Assembly: GCA_000165425.1 (NCBI GenBank)
Contig: CT868651.1
Location: 186,001-250,000, forward strand
DNA from: Paramecium tetraurelia
Lineage: Eukaryota
DNA: 64,000 nt
Direction of reading: 5' to 3'
In this document: one piece after another, positions 44,855-59,152 of the stretch
How the letters are laid out: each line of letters begins with the position of its first letter
How positions within the stretch are numbered: position 1 is the stretch's first letter
Translations under genes and position numbers: made by a program
The notes under the pieces: model-generated
What the model was told of the DNA's origin: nothing
Database searches by the model: none
What the model saw: only the letters and a program-made list of their open reading frames with translations

Positions 44855-45913
44855 TTAAAATATATCATAATTCCTCTTGTTGTTGTGGTTGCTAAAGAAG
44901 TGGTTGCTAATTATCTGGCAATAATTATTGTCTACAATTAGGACATGTTGATTAAATTTATAGCCATGCAGAGATACATGTGTTATGAAAATGATGAAGT
45001 GTACTGCAAGGCATTTGTAGAACTTCATCATCAGTTTGATAAGGCTACATACAAATTGAACATTCTTGTTCTCCCTCAAGAATGTTAGGCTTATACAAAA
45101 TCTTGTTCTTTTGTAAATCATTTAATGCCATCAATGCTTGCTATTTCTTTCTTCTGTCGGTGAAGCATCGAATTATCAAATATATCAAAATAAAAGGAAG
45201 CATAACTAATGCCAAGGCAACGAGCAAATAATACTACGAATATTATAAGAACAAAAACGATCCATAAATATAAGTTTGAATAATTGGCCATTTGTTACAA
45301 TCACTTGCTTCTCCACTACTTTCTTAAGGAGTAGCTACAATATAGTAAATAGTCCAAATGAATATTGCTTAGTTTGTCACATTACTAAAGATATTATTGT
45401 ACTTGCAAAATCTACTCTAATTAACAATCTCTTATCTTATTTACATTTGCATTACATCTGCCTTTTTATCTAATTCTATTGTTGATAAGTTTGCAGTAGG
45501 ATCAAAAACTATGATACTAAAAGTGATATACCTTCTGGAGCAACTGGATGATCTGTCACTTCATTAAGTGGAACAAACACTATTTAAACATAATGAAAAG
45601 CCAAATGTTATTATATTGATTGAATATTTGAGAAATGAAATAATTATCCATATAAAACTAAGCTAAAAATTGCCTGTATGCTGCTAAATAACACCCAATA
45701 ATGTAAATCATTCCACCCACAATTTTTTAAAGATAATAAAAATAAAATAATCGACATGCTAATTATTATGTACAATCTCTCAAGGAATAAAAAAAACACT
45801 CTTAATCTAAATTAATCCATAGCTCTTGAGAAAAGCTTTGTAAATTTAGGAACAGTATTCACTTCATTTTCATTATTCTCTACTTGTTATTCTCCGTCCT
45901 AATGAACATTCAT
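44855..45913 (-). pseudogene. Probable degenerate membrane-protein gene
   Basis: ATG start and hydrophobic segments, but repeated TGA/frame breaks; family not recognised. Confidence 0.3.
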
Positions 45914-46532
45914 TTTCTATATAATTTTATATATTATTTAATATATTATTAAAATGCTTCAATATTAAATCCATAAACTTATAACTTTTTCAAACTAGTA
46001 ACCTAAACATAGATCCTGATTTAGCAAAAACCAAAATTAAGTACTGTTAGATTGGACATTAATTTATTTGATAAAATTAATAGATATACTAATCCTTTAA
46101 GTTTTAGAAGATGATAAATATGTCTTTATTGGTTTAAGAACTTATTAAATTTTAATACTGTATATTAATACTATAACTGTTCAAAATTCAATAATAATAT
46201 TGAATATTGTATCTCTAATATTATTAATATATTTAAAATAAAAAGTTATTCTGGTTAAGAAACAATCTGCTAAGAATTTAAACAATTTACTAAAGTCTAA
46301 TTTCATTTAAAATACAACTTTTCTTTACAATTCAAAATAAAAAAAATTGTCATTGTCTCGGGCAATTATAAGATTTAAAAAAAAATCCTTTATTCATGAT
46401 GACATATAATTATGATACAAACATTTTATGATAATATTAATCAGTTCTATATAATATTAAATCAAAATTGAACTTCAACTCAGTTATTTCTTAATTTTGT
46501 AATATTATTAAATTATCAATTACATCTCTTAC

Positions 46533-48777
46533 TCATTAGGTAATGAATATAATTTGATATCCTATCTTTAGATTGAAAAGCTCTATCAATATAGGTTAAT
46601 TTAATACTTTTTTTAACAAAGACAAAACATTAATGGCTCTTCGAGAATCAATCCATTAGTGTTTTATTTTTGCTGCGTATTCTTCAAACAATTTATTTAT
46701 AATATGTCTAAAATCAAAACCAACATTACTGTTCAATATTTATTCTAGGTTTTTAATCACTTCCTCTTCCTTAATATAATACATAAATTTTTTCTTTGAA
46801 AGCCTTAATAAATTTATCTTTAAAATTTTTTCTAACTAATCTGAGTTTTCTATAATTTCTTTATATGCATTTTACTAATAGTTTGGATCATATTAATTAC
46901 TTTTAGAAATCAATTATATATGTTTGTTAATAAAGGTTTAGTAAAGGATGATATCTACTAAGAATTAGCTGAATATTTTTTCGGCTTTTGCAACACATTT
47001 CTCCTAGATGTAAGAAGTAAAAGTAGATAAAGCAAGAGAGGATTTACTAAGAGATCTTATGAATGGATTATCTCCATATCTTCTTACTTCAATCAAAGTC
47101 TTTGTGTGTAATTACCAAACCAATAAGTTAGCTCTCGCTGCAATCTTATACTTGCGTCTCACTTTCTGGAAATAATACAAATTTTACTTCTAATCTTCTA
47201 TGGATCTATTTACAGAGATTAAAGATTGTTGTTATCAATATCCAATTTTTTTTTACAAATATTAACAATTGCAATTCTTTCTAATGAATTTTTTCTACTT
47301 CCCTGAACTGAGCAATCTAATCTTTGACCAATAATTTAATTAATTTTGTTTATCTTGCTTCCTTCTGGATCAGCTTTGATCTCTTAATGGTTTCCTAAGA
47401 TTTTGTATGTTTATCTCATTTAGTTTAATTAATAATACGTTATGCTTTCATCATTTCATCTATTTTAGAATACATCTTAGTTTTAACCATTTCAATATTT
47501 TAGAGTATCTTATCTTTTGGATGAACTGTTTTTCTTTCATGAAAGATATCAAAATTGATTATTGATTATACAAACTTTTATCCATTCGATGCTGTATATT
47601 ACTCTCCAAAGGTTATCTACATACCAATGATGGCATCGAATTCGCTATAGAATGTTAAGTACACATATTCATCAAAAAACAATTTTGAATTCTGTTTGGA
47701 ATTGATCTTAACAAATCTACTTTGAACCGATTGGTCAGCATTGAATTTATTTGGGAATTCTATTGAAGTCGAAACAAATAGCTTGTATGAAGTGCTTGTA
47801 ATTTTTGAAGGGAAGTTTAACAAGATCTGCAATGGAGCTAAAATTTTGATTTACATTCACTATTACACTATTTTCCTTTAACTCTTATCCTAAAGTAATA
47901 AAATCTAAATCTGACTATTTAAACTCTATTAATAAATTCGATTTCAAGATCTGATTGTTATAATCCATCAAAGGTTTTTAATAACTTTTTCTGTTGTTAT
48001 ATAATTTTTGGTTGCTCAATGATCTTTTATTTAGTTTCAATCTTCGTATTAGTTTTGTCTATCTCTTGAATGGCATTGTAATTCTTTTCAAATTCATCAT
48101 AGATTTCAAGAATGTCATTATCTAATTGTAGAAATTGAGATTCAGGATGAGAAGATGTATAAATTTTTGATCTAGTTACTTATGATTGACTTTTTGAAAG
48201 ATGTCTCATAGAACCTTACGTAGTACTAACATTAATGTCTATATTACTGATAAGAAGGATTAGTTATTTTTGATAAGCTTCTCTCAATTTGACTAAGCTA
48301 GGTAATCATAAAAAATATTTTTATTGTTATAAATAATATTGTATTTGTTTATTATTTAAATAATTTAGGGTTATTATAGGGTAAATACTTGCAGTTTTCT
48401 TTTAAAATTTATAAGCTATTCAACTCAATATTATCAAAATTGATCAATTATTTAATTTAGATCTTTTGCGTAATTCACTATTTTATTTCCTAATTCTTTA
48501 TAATTTAACATTCTTTTAACCTGATTTTTTTGTTAATTATATTCTTTCAATAGTCAATCATATTTTAATCATGGTTCATTCATTATTTAGGAAGGAACAT
48601 ACTCATTTATTAAACTTAATTTTAATTCTTTTGAATTTTAATACCAAATTAAAATTCTCCTTTTTCATTATTATTTATTGCAACATCCTACTATAATATT
48701 CCTAATCATTGAATATTTGAAGATTATCAACAGCATGAAATTAGAAAAATATATTTTAAGAAAACAATAACATTCAT
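46533..48777 (-). CDS. Large hypothetical protein (5' end uncertain)
   Basis: Long minus-strand frames under code 6 with intron-like breaks; no domain recognised with confidence. Confidence 0.5.
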
Positions 48778-48811
48778 TACTATATTGATATGTATTATTA
48801 TTAAGTGTGTT

Positions 48812-50458
48812 TCATTCTTTATGTTATAGTAATGCTCTTGTTATTTCAGTAAGTAAGGATGGTTGCAATTCTAGTTTTTCATATTTTGGAGTTTCAGATA
48901 TAATAGAAATATTCTTGAGCAAATGATTCATGCAAGCATTTTTGAGTGAATGAGCTGAGCATTTTTATGCAAATATTAATAGATCGCAGACTGTTTCATT
49001 ATTTAAGTACTTTTTAATACTTTTTTGCATAAGATTTTTAAGGCCATCAATTAAATATTGATCAGCCAAACCTATGATAGAAATAAAAAGTACTTAAAAT
49101 CTCGCCCATTAATTCAATATCCAATTCAGCCACATTAATAAATCCAGTGTAAACAAAAAGTAGAAAAATATAGAAGGATTTATAAGTGTAATTTTCTACT
49201 ATAAATATACGTTAATCGCTTTCTTTCGTATCAGAGAAAAAGAGAGCTTTGAACTGAGGAGATTGAGCAGCCAAATAAACTTAAATTTAAATATAAATTG
49301 TGATTACTTTTATGAGCATAAATCTTCTAATTACCAATTTCAAATGCAATGTCACTAAGTTCTTGGTTATTAAATAAATTCTTATGAATGTTTGAAATGA
49401 CTCTTTAATAATTTTCTTCTTATATAGTTCGATTTTCGAGCAACCCCACATCCAAAACGTAGAGATCATTCAACCATTTGTTACCATCAAATCCACCGAA
49501 GATATATATCAGGTCATTTTCTAACATTTGAATAACAACTATTACCTGTGGCAGTTGCTGAATGTCTCTGTCTAGGTTAGGGTATCTATGACAATGCTAC
49601 TTCCTCCATTTATAAATAAGTTCCAGTTCCATGATGATTCGGAATCACCCACTAATATGTTAAAAAATTAAATATAAAAAGATCATTTGATCTGCCTGAA
49701 CCATCATACCCACCGAATACATAGATATTATTTTAAATTAAATTGGCTGTATGTCCTCTTAATCCCTTAGGTAAAGTTCCTTTAGTAACAACTTAAGTCC
49801 ATTCCAATTTATAAGTGTTGAACACATGAAGATCCTACAAATGTTGTGCTCCAGAATGGCCACCAAACAAATATAAATTTTCCTTATATCTACTATAATT
49901 ATTTAGTTACCTGGTCATTGTATGCGCATTTCTAGCAGTAGGTATTGTTCCGATCACACTTGGTTAAATCCATCTATTTTCTTAAATGTCATATATTTCT
50001 ATCTCATTAAAGCATTCTTAACCATCGTAACCTCCAAACAGGTAAAGTTTTTTAGAAACTATATTCAAAGAATGACAAGCTCTAGCAGTAGGTATCTAAC
50101 CTTGTGGATGTACCTTGTACCAACTAGCTTATCCGTGTTATCCATTTGTCTCTAAATAATAAAGATCATCTAGCCATGTATTTCCATTATGTCCTCCATG
50201 AACATACAACTTTGTTTAATAAACTGCTGTTGTGTGATTGTTCCTATAAGAAGGAAGCTCTCCATTTGTTTATAACTCTGTCCATTAATTTTGATTCAGA
50301 TCATAAATGTGAATGTCTGCAAGGGCATTCATTCCATTCCATCCCCCAAAAATATATAGCTTTCCCATAATTAAATCACAAGAATGTGCTGCCCTGTCAC
50401 CAGGCTATTTTCCTTAAGGATCTATTTTCCTCCAGATCATTCTATTGTTATTTTACAT
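48812..50458 (-). CDS. Kelch-repeat + BTB protein (LZTR1-like architecture)
   Basis: Repeated R..H...(L/I)YIFGG.(N/D)G kelch units, then a BTB-like region (KFILAAQSPQFKALF, FLYTG, LADQYLIDGLKNLC). Confidence 0.88.
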
Positions 50459-50472
50459 TATTATTATAATAA

Positions 50473-51372
50473 TCACAAATTTCTCTCTAAAAATAAATAT
50501 CTAAAGAAATCGAATCTCACAATGTCTTCCTTTGGGTCTATTTCCTTTACAAATTCACCCTAAAATAGATTTGCTGCAAATCCAAACTCTTTAAGTATTC
50601 CTCCTAATGTTGGCTCAACATTATATTTAAATATCTAACATTTAACATAATTTTTGTACTTTAACAAAATTACTAAACTCTTTAATACTCATATATCCTT
50701 TACTTTGATCAAATAAGTTCCAATAACCGTATGAGCAAATCTCTCTAAATAATAGGTCTTATCCAAGAGATCTTTCATAAGTTGCTAAAACTTTTGTTTA
50801 TACTAAAGTTGCTATTTCTTCAAATGTTAATAATCTATTCATATTCATTGGATATCCCATGCTATAATGCACCATTTACAACACACACCAATTATCCATC
50901 AGTATTGTAAATTAATTGACTCTAGTGTAATCCTTATTTTTAATTTTTCAAATACATTGAAAACATTGAGCAATTCAGATGGTCTTAGACCATTCTCTCC
51001 TTTTGCAATAAAAACATCGTATGATCTCCTCAATTCATTTAACTATTTTCCAGTTACTTTATGTTATTCCGGTAATTCGAGGCTGCGATCCTTAATATAA
51101 TTTGCCCATGCTTGATATTCTTATGATGCAATTTATTTTCTAATTTCTATTTGTACGGATTATCGATATTGTTATCTTGTATTGGCCAGTTTTTATATTA
51201 GATTCTCGTAATTGTTACAATGGTATAATCCCTTACCAAAAGGTTATCTACCCTCAATTTCTCTCATTTGTTAATGAACCTATTTAACAAACTTTGGTAG
51301 CTTATCTAAGTAGATATATTTTGTATTACATGGATTTACAAATTCAATCAAACCCTTTGTTGCTGCACTCAT
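50473..51372 (-). CDS. Hypothetical protein with EF-hand-like motifs
   Basis: MSAATKGLIEFVNP...WNLFDQSKGYMSIKEF...FDFFRYLFLERNL*; three short introns restore the frame. Confidence 0.7.
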
Positions 51373-52047
51373 TTAATTTTTAATTAAAATTTTATACTTT
51401 TCCTCTATTCTGCAGCAGAATAGATGTAATTTCATAATAAAAAGATAAATGCGGATTGCTATTCCTATTAATCTACACAAATAACTCACCAAGTTTCCTA
51501 ATAGTTTCAGAAATTATGTGAGTGCCATATTATTCAAAATACATACTAAGTTATTTCACAATCTTGGTACTAATCTTGCTCTCTTTGGATTTTAAAAGGT
51601 TAGATTTCTTCTATAAACTTGGCAATGAATAATTATTTTTCATTAATATTTTCATTAATCTATCTATAATTTAATGTGAAAATCCTGTTTTATCCAAGAA
51701 AATATTCGAAATTAGTTTATTTAGGATTGATATTTAACTGAAAACATAATAGAATTATTTATAATTTTAGTAAAATAAGTTATATATTCGACTTAATGTT
51801 TGAATTAACAAATGTTGTTATTGCAGAACTCATTATATGTAATATTTTACCTATATAGCAGTAATCATAGAATTAATATAACATAATCACATTGCCTTCT
51901 TGAAAAATATATATCTTTTTTATATTCAAATTAATATTATATTGATTTGTAATTTATATAAAACAATAAATTTTTTATCCAATTATTATTTTATAAATAC
52001 GCACGAGTGTTTTTAAAAATTTTAGTTGATTTTATCGAAAAAATTAA

Positions 52048-53064
52048 ATGAATGAAACTAATGAAGAGAAGATCAATTGTTAATTACTAAACTTATCAAA
52101 TTAGAATGTACTTAATTGCTTAGAATACATAGCCTTCGATTCTAATTCTACAATAGTATTAGCAATTTAACAACAAATCATCAATTGTTATTTCTTTAAA
52201 AACAATTATCTAAAACATATGTCTAGTATTAAAGTGTTAAAAGATGAAGTAGGCTATCTTAATTAACTTGAATACTTAAAAACTTCAAACTCAATTTTAA
52301 CAATATATTAACAACGAATTCTAATTGCTAATCTTAATGGTTTCAATACAAGAAAATTTTTGTTAAAAAATCGCCTTAAATTATAAGGTCGTTGTGGGTC
52401 GTTGTTATTTAATAAAATTTAAAGCCACCTATTTATCAGCAATCAGAATTAAATCTGTTTTTTCGAAAAGAGAATGGATGGATGGAAATGCTCTCAAGAA
52501 ATTGAAGTCGATTATAGTAGAGTTTCAGTGATTTCAATGTGTTTAAATTGTTAAGAGGATGAGTTGTTAGTTTAAACCAATAATGGTTATACTGGCTCAA
52601 CTAAAGTTTATATTTACCATAAAAAAACCTAATAATAAGAAATTAAATGGATTTAAATCCAAAGTATGTGGTAGGGAATTATATTTGGAAAATTATGGGG
52701 AGGATTTGTAGACCATTTCTATTTAATTAATGAATTTGCTCTTAATGTTTATAACAAATCAAATTAATCTTAAGACTACATACATTATGCTTCTTCTGAG
52801 TTTAAACATTCTTAATCCTTGATCTTTAAACAGATTCTGCAAAACAATCTGGTACTGCTGATTAAAAATTAAAGTATCAGTGTTATGAAATTAAATTAAT
52901 AGTAAAAATTAGAATAAATTAAATAAATCAAAATAGACTTGTCTGCATTAAATAATCTAAACCATGGATATTCTTCAAAACAATCTTTATTAACTTAAGA
53001 TGAAAAGTTATTAGTAATTTGGAATCGCTAAGATACTTTAATAATAGAAATGATTTATATTTGA
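52048..53064 (+). CDS. Hypothetical, divergent WD40/beta-propeller-like protein
   Basis: Uninterrupted frame of 338 aa with W-spaced repeats (WKCSQEI, ISMCLNCQEDELLV, TQDEKLLVIWN). Confidence 0.6.
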
Positions 53065-53824
53065 TTTTCCATTTTTTTACAAAGATAACGTAATCTAACT
53101 ATTATACACAAAAAAATAATTAAAATATCTTAATGATATTATTAAAAGCTACAAAATCAATTTGCATTTCTATTTTGAGAGAACAGAATCAAATATTATA
53201 ATGACCCCATTCTTAAGTTCAATATCCATATTTTTGTTTGTCAATTTTTAAGAAAATTATCACACTTCAGTTATTGTAGTCAAAAGCAAGAAAGGATTAT
53301 TAAAAGAAAGAACTGAATAACACATTAATACGAAATTTAATAACACCTGAAACTTGAAAGATTTACAAAAACAAGCTAGATCTAGTTTCATCATCTCCTT
53401 ATAAAGTTCAGAACTAAAATTTATATGAAACAACATTTTAAATAAATTTTGGGTTAAAATAAATTAAAGTTAAAGATAGTTTGTAAGAGCATAACAAAGT
53501 TAATTTATTGAATTTAAGGATCTTTCTCATAATATAACTTTTAGTGATAAATAGAAATAGAATCACAGTTTTAAAACTGTTATTCTTACAATTAATTCTA
53601 CAGCATAAAATTTTTTGGTGATTATTATGATAATTAATTGTATGTCAAAAAATATTGATTTTTATTTTATCAAATGATTAATACTAAAATTAATTCAGAT
53701 TTCTATATGTTATCAAATATTAGATCATAAGTATGTAGTATTTAACTTTATTTAAGTATATTATTATACAATTGTTCTAAAGAGAAATTTGAATTATAAT
53801 AATATACAAATTATAAAACTTATA

Positions 53825-54748
53825 ATGCAAAAAATTAGATAAAACTTTGAATTAAGAAACAAGTTAGGTTCTGGTGCTTTTGGGGACATTTACTTAGGAG
53901 TGAATACAAAAAATAACATTGAGGTATAAATTAGAACCTATTTCTTCAGAATGTCCTCAATTAAGATATGAACATGAAATTTATAAAAGATTATTAGCTG
54001 ATAATTAGAGTATAGATAGAGGAGTACCACATGTTTATAACACATCAGAGGAATGTGGGTTTACATTTATGGTTGTGGATTTATTGGGGCATCCTTGGAG
54101 GAGCTCTTCGTGAGTAAGAAAAAAAAGTTTTCTCTAAAAACAGTTGTTATGATTGGATTGCAACTTCTAGAGAGAATAGAGTTCGTTCATTCAAAGGGTA
54201 TAATACATAGAGATATAAAACCTGATAACTTTTTAATTGGGAAACTCAACAAACAAAACAAAATTTATATCTTGGATTTTGGTTTGGCAAAACGATTTGT
54301 TAAAGAAAACGGACATATACCATTTAGGGAATCGAAGACTCTAACTGGAACTGCCAGATATTGTAATTTAAATACACACTTAGGTGTAGGTAATGAAATT
54401 AGTTAAATATTGAATAGAACAAATTAGAAGAGATGACATTGAGTGTATGGCATATGTATTGTTTTATTTTCTCAAATCAACTTTGCCATGGTAAAACATG
54501 AGAACAAAAATTAAAGAGAGAAGTAACTCTGCCTTTTTGAATACGAACGAATTATGGAAAAGAAGATGACCACAACCTATAATGAATTGTGCAATGGAGT
54601 TCCCAAAGAATTCGGGTTGATATTAAAACATGCAAGGAATCTCGGGTTCGAAGAAGAGCCTAATTATAAATATATGAGAGGATTACTGGAAAGTATTTGT
54701 TAATAAGAAAAAATTACTGTTGATTATAAGTTTGATTGGTGTAAATGA
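53825..54748 (+). pseudogene. Casein kinase 1 pseudogene
   Basis: [29 protein letters not shown] and RRDDIE identify CK1. The VAIK codons are partly deleted (about 53925), 1 nt is missing near 54088, and the intron starting at 54523 has lost its AG. Confidence 0.8.
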
Positions 54749-54809
54749 GGTTTTATTAACAATAATTTTTATTATTAATTTTTGTTTGTTATAACTAATT
54801 TTCTCTAAC

Positions 54810-55796
54810 ATGCGTTAACCATCACTTTTTTCACCATAAAAGCAATCCAGATATGAAAAATCAAATAGTTCAACTGGATTTGCTACATTCTAAGCCACCG
54901 CTTAAATGAATACAAAATAATTGGCAGACTACAGAAGAGATGTTAGAACTAATGTTTCATCCAGGGAACCCTTTGCTTAACCATAGGAGAAATCTTCCTC
55001 CTTATTTGGTTCATGGAGCAAAGCAGAAAAGGCAGTATTGTATAAATTCATGTTAACATAATTTTAGAGAGCAATAAAAGGTTAGTAGGAAATCACCAAA
55101 AAAGTAAAAGTTGCTTGGAGGATTAAATTATGAAGAAATATTCACTAATAAAGGACCATAAACAAAACATAATAAAGACAAAGTTGAATAGCTTTTCAGG
55201 AGATCACCTACAAACGATTACTTTGATAATTCATTTACATCATTCCCTAAACCAGCAAGATAAAACACTCTTGGATCAGGATATAAAGATTCTCCGTAAA
55301 AAGCAAAAGAAAAATTAGAAAGATTCAAAAATTGGGATAACCGTTTAGATGTTTAGTTGATTCTCCAAAATAAATCAATCACTAATAAAACTTCTTCGAC
55401 AGGAGACAAACCAGGGTTTTATAAATATGTCAATGAAGCCAAGAAAGGATTGTTTGATGACAATCAATCTAATTTTCTATATCCTAAAAGCAATAAGAAT
55501 AATCTGTTTGATAATCAAAAACAAACCTTTTCTTTTAAGGACACATTCAATCCTCCTAAATAAACTACATTCTAAAGAAATCACTCTCCTCAATAGTCAA
55601 CTAGATATGTAGAGAAGTTCCCCTTAACTGATATTGTTAGGATGACTTCTCATTTTTAATCTTTATCAACTTAGGAAGTCAATTAAATCCCAAGAGGGTA
55701 TTAAATCAATAAATTATGTTTAGATACATATCCGAGCTAAGCAATTTGGCTGATATTTTACAAAGAGTTGTCAAAAGATCAAACAATATTAGTTGA
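54810..55796 (+). CDS. Hypothetical protein
   Basis: ATG..TGA frame under code 6 with an intron near 55698-55723. Confidence 0.6.
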
Positions 55797-55868
55797 GATT
55801 ATATTTCATACTTACTATATAATTATAAATTATAATAAAGCCAAAATTCTGATTAATAATTTAAATAA

Positions 55869-58298
55869 TCAAATCAATTAGCAGGCACAAGAGCTGTCTG
55901 TTCTTTCTGTTTCTTTCTTTGGATTCTCTATTTCTTCTCTCTTTTTCACCATATCTAACATTGTTTAAAATGCAGATGACACTTACCCATCTTCCAAATA
56001 AATAATATCAGCAATAGTAACATCTAAAGTTTACGAAGTATTAGTAACCATTTCTTCATGATTTTTCATAATAAATGCTAATAAAATGGTGATGTCCTCA
56101 GTTGCTTCTTATCCTCCCCAAGATTCATACAAATCTACTTTTTATCCACTTGCTACATCTTTGATAGCTTTAATTTTATCTTAAACCCAATCAAGCATAG
56201 AATCCAAACGAGATTTTTGCTTTTCCACTCTCCCTGCTTCGAAATACTTCCTTTTTCTGGATGCTATCAATTGAGCAGCAGTAGCTACTAACATACTCCA
56301 AGCCTCCTTATCATCAGCATCTTAATTCTTCATAATAACCTTTAAAATAGCATTTCTTTTCTTTTCATCCTAAAACTTCTCATATTCCTCATAAACAGCA
56401 CCAACAGCCATATTAATTGCAGAGAAAATACTTCCGAATATTGGAATGCTTGCTCCAAAATCTAAAACTGCTTAAGTTACTTTAACTGCTACTTTGGTTG
56501 TTGTTCCAACAGAATACCCATTTTCTTGATTGATAATCTCTGTACTGGCTATCTTTTAAGCATCACAATAATTAATGAATGTCCAATAAAATGCCTTTGC
56601 ATAATTATATCCTTCTACATATTCTGTTCTCCACTTTGCATAGTTTTCTTTCACCTTTGCTACTTTATCAATACCAATAACTTTTATACATTCCTCTAAC
56701 TCATCTATTTTCTTTTCAATTCTTTCTATTTTTATGTCTTCTTTCTTTTATTCAATCTTGATTTCCTCAACCTTTTCTTCATTCTTTTTCTAAGATTATT
56801 CAGCTTCAGCCAACAATTATTAAATTCTTTACTTCATTTCATCCTTAGATACTTTCTTAACTGTTGTCTTTTATTCCTTTTATTACATCTCTGCTAACTC
56901 AGCCGCATTCTAAGCATCAATTTCTTGTTAAATCTTCTCTAATTCTTATTAGATTCTCTTAATCTCAGGATCTTCTTAATTTTATTTAGCCAATGCCTCT
57001 TAAGCAGCCTTCTTTTCTCTTTCAAATGCATTTTCCATCTCCATAATTTTGTGTACTCCTGATTTAATGTATTTTAATTGTGATTCACTTAGATCAGCTA
57101 CATTTTCTGGATTTTCAATGAGAGTAGAAACTAATCTCAAATCTGTCATAGCATCCTACTTTTTTAAGAATTTCATAAAGAGCATGGCTCTGTTTGTTAA
57201 ACATAAAACTGCTTTAGGATTTAACTTCAGAGCATGATTAAAACAGTCAAGGGATTATTCAAAATTTGGGTTTTTTAATGACAAGTAAGCCTGTCCCATA
57301 TTACTCCAATATCCAGCATCTTATTAGATTGATAATGCTTTTTTATAAAACTCGATAGCCATTTCAAAGTTCTCTTAAGCATAATACTCAATGGCCAAAT
57401 TTGAAATAGCATGAGTATGCTAGGGGCTAACTTTTAATAAATCCTAATAGGCCTATATAACTTATTCTCTGGGTCGTTTAAGTCCTTTCAAACTTAATGC
57501 TTTACAATACAAGGCTTCGGTAGGATCAATGTCAGCAGGCACAATTTTTAAGAGTTCCTCTGCATTTTATAAACATTTTTCGTAATCATGTTTTTTTTCA
57601 CATGAAATCATTTCATTTTATAAAATGGTGGCTATGCCTTTTATAATATCTTAATCATTTGGATTCAATTTCTGAGCCTCCAGAAATGAATGTTTGGCAT
57701 CTTCATTCTTTTTCAGATTGGTTTCACAAGCTGCTTTATTTTTCCACAATGTCAACATTTTACCTTATTCTTGTGATGGCATTTTTACTAATTTTTCAAA
57801 TATCTCTAGAGCCTTTTCATAATCTTATTGAGCAAAATAGATATTACTAAGATTACCAGAGGCAGTAAAGGCATTGGGTGTACCTTCTCCTTTGCTGATT
57901 GCTAATTTGAGAATCTCAATTGCTTTTTCTGTCTATTGTGGTTGGCTGTGCATTAAGGCATGACCATAATTGGCCAACACAGCCTAATCAGTCTAATCCT
58001 TTTGGATTTCATAAGCATGAGAAAAGCATTCAGCAGCATCATTAAATTATTTTAATGTCATATGGGCTTGTGCTTTCATTCCATAAAGAGGAAATTTTTG
58101 TTGTGGAGGTATGTTCAAATCTAATCCTTTTTGTGTTTGAGCAACGACTTCATTCCAGTCCTGTTTGGCCATGAAACATCTTGCTTTGTAAAAAAATCGC
58201 ATGATATTGTTTTCTGGTATGGAATCAGCCAGTTTGATGGCCTCGTCGTATTGTTGAGTCTTTATTTTCTGGTCTAATTGCTCCTTGATTGTAGCCAT
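55869..58298 (-). CDS. TPR-repeat + coiled-coil + unknown helical domain protein with CaaX
   Basis: Traced intronless 809-aa frame: N-terminal TPRs, a coiled coil, and C-terminal SCACQLI*. Confidence 0.85.
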
Positions 58299-58438
58299 AA
58301 TAAATGATTTAATTATGTTTTTGTATGTTTGCAATGGTTGGTTATAAAATTTGTCGGCAGTTATTATTTTTTATATTATATCTTGATCTGATGAAATACT
58401 AAATCTGAAATAAACATAATTTGACTCAAAACTATCAA

Positions 58439-59070
58439 ATGGTTAATCACACTAGCAGAACAAAACACATAATATTAGTTTATTTCAACAAAAAACAAGC
58501 CATAAATAGAGTATCAATTTAGGAGTTTAGATTTTCTTGGGGAAAGACTGTATTTAATATTGGTATTAACTTAAAATAATAGATAGATTGATAGGATTTT
58601 TAACATTTGATGAGTTCTTGCTGTACAACATTTAAATGTAACTCATAATTTGACTCTGACAAGAGAAGGGGTCTCTAGTGATAATTATTAACTGTTTATA
58701 AGTAGAACGGGGGAGATTGGAAGAATTGCTTATGGATGTGTCTGATGAAATGAAACATATAGATTGTATAGGATCAAATTAAACTGCAAACGGAGGATGT
58801 CACAGGTACTATTTGCACATGAATTTATTGCATTTCATTTTTCATAATTGTGTGAACTGGAGTTTCATTCAAAAGCACTTGATTTGAAACAACGCATTGC
58901 AAGTTAAATTAATCTGGACCCAAATCAACGAATCTTAGAGTGATGAGTACCTTGAAGCTATTGGTTATTTACTTTAAGATTTTCTACATTTTAATTTGGA
59001 TCGATGTCTAATTAAAATTGTTATTCGTGCACTTAATGATGATGAAATCTATCCGAGACAGAAATAATAA
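58439..59070 (+). pseudogene. Gene relic, possibly with a ubiquitin-like domain
   Basis: Coding-like composition and KALDLKQRIASQINLDPNQ, but several stops and shifts. Confidence 0.25.
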
Positions 59071-59152
59071 TAATCATTTTTATATTAAATAAAATAATCA
59101 TTATATAAATTTTCTAATAAAGTGATGTGAATGAAGACTTATTCAATTATTT

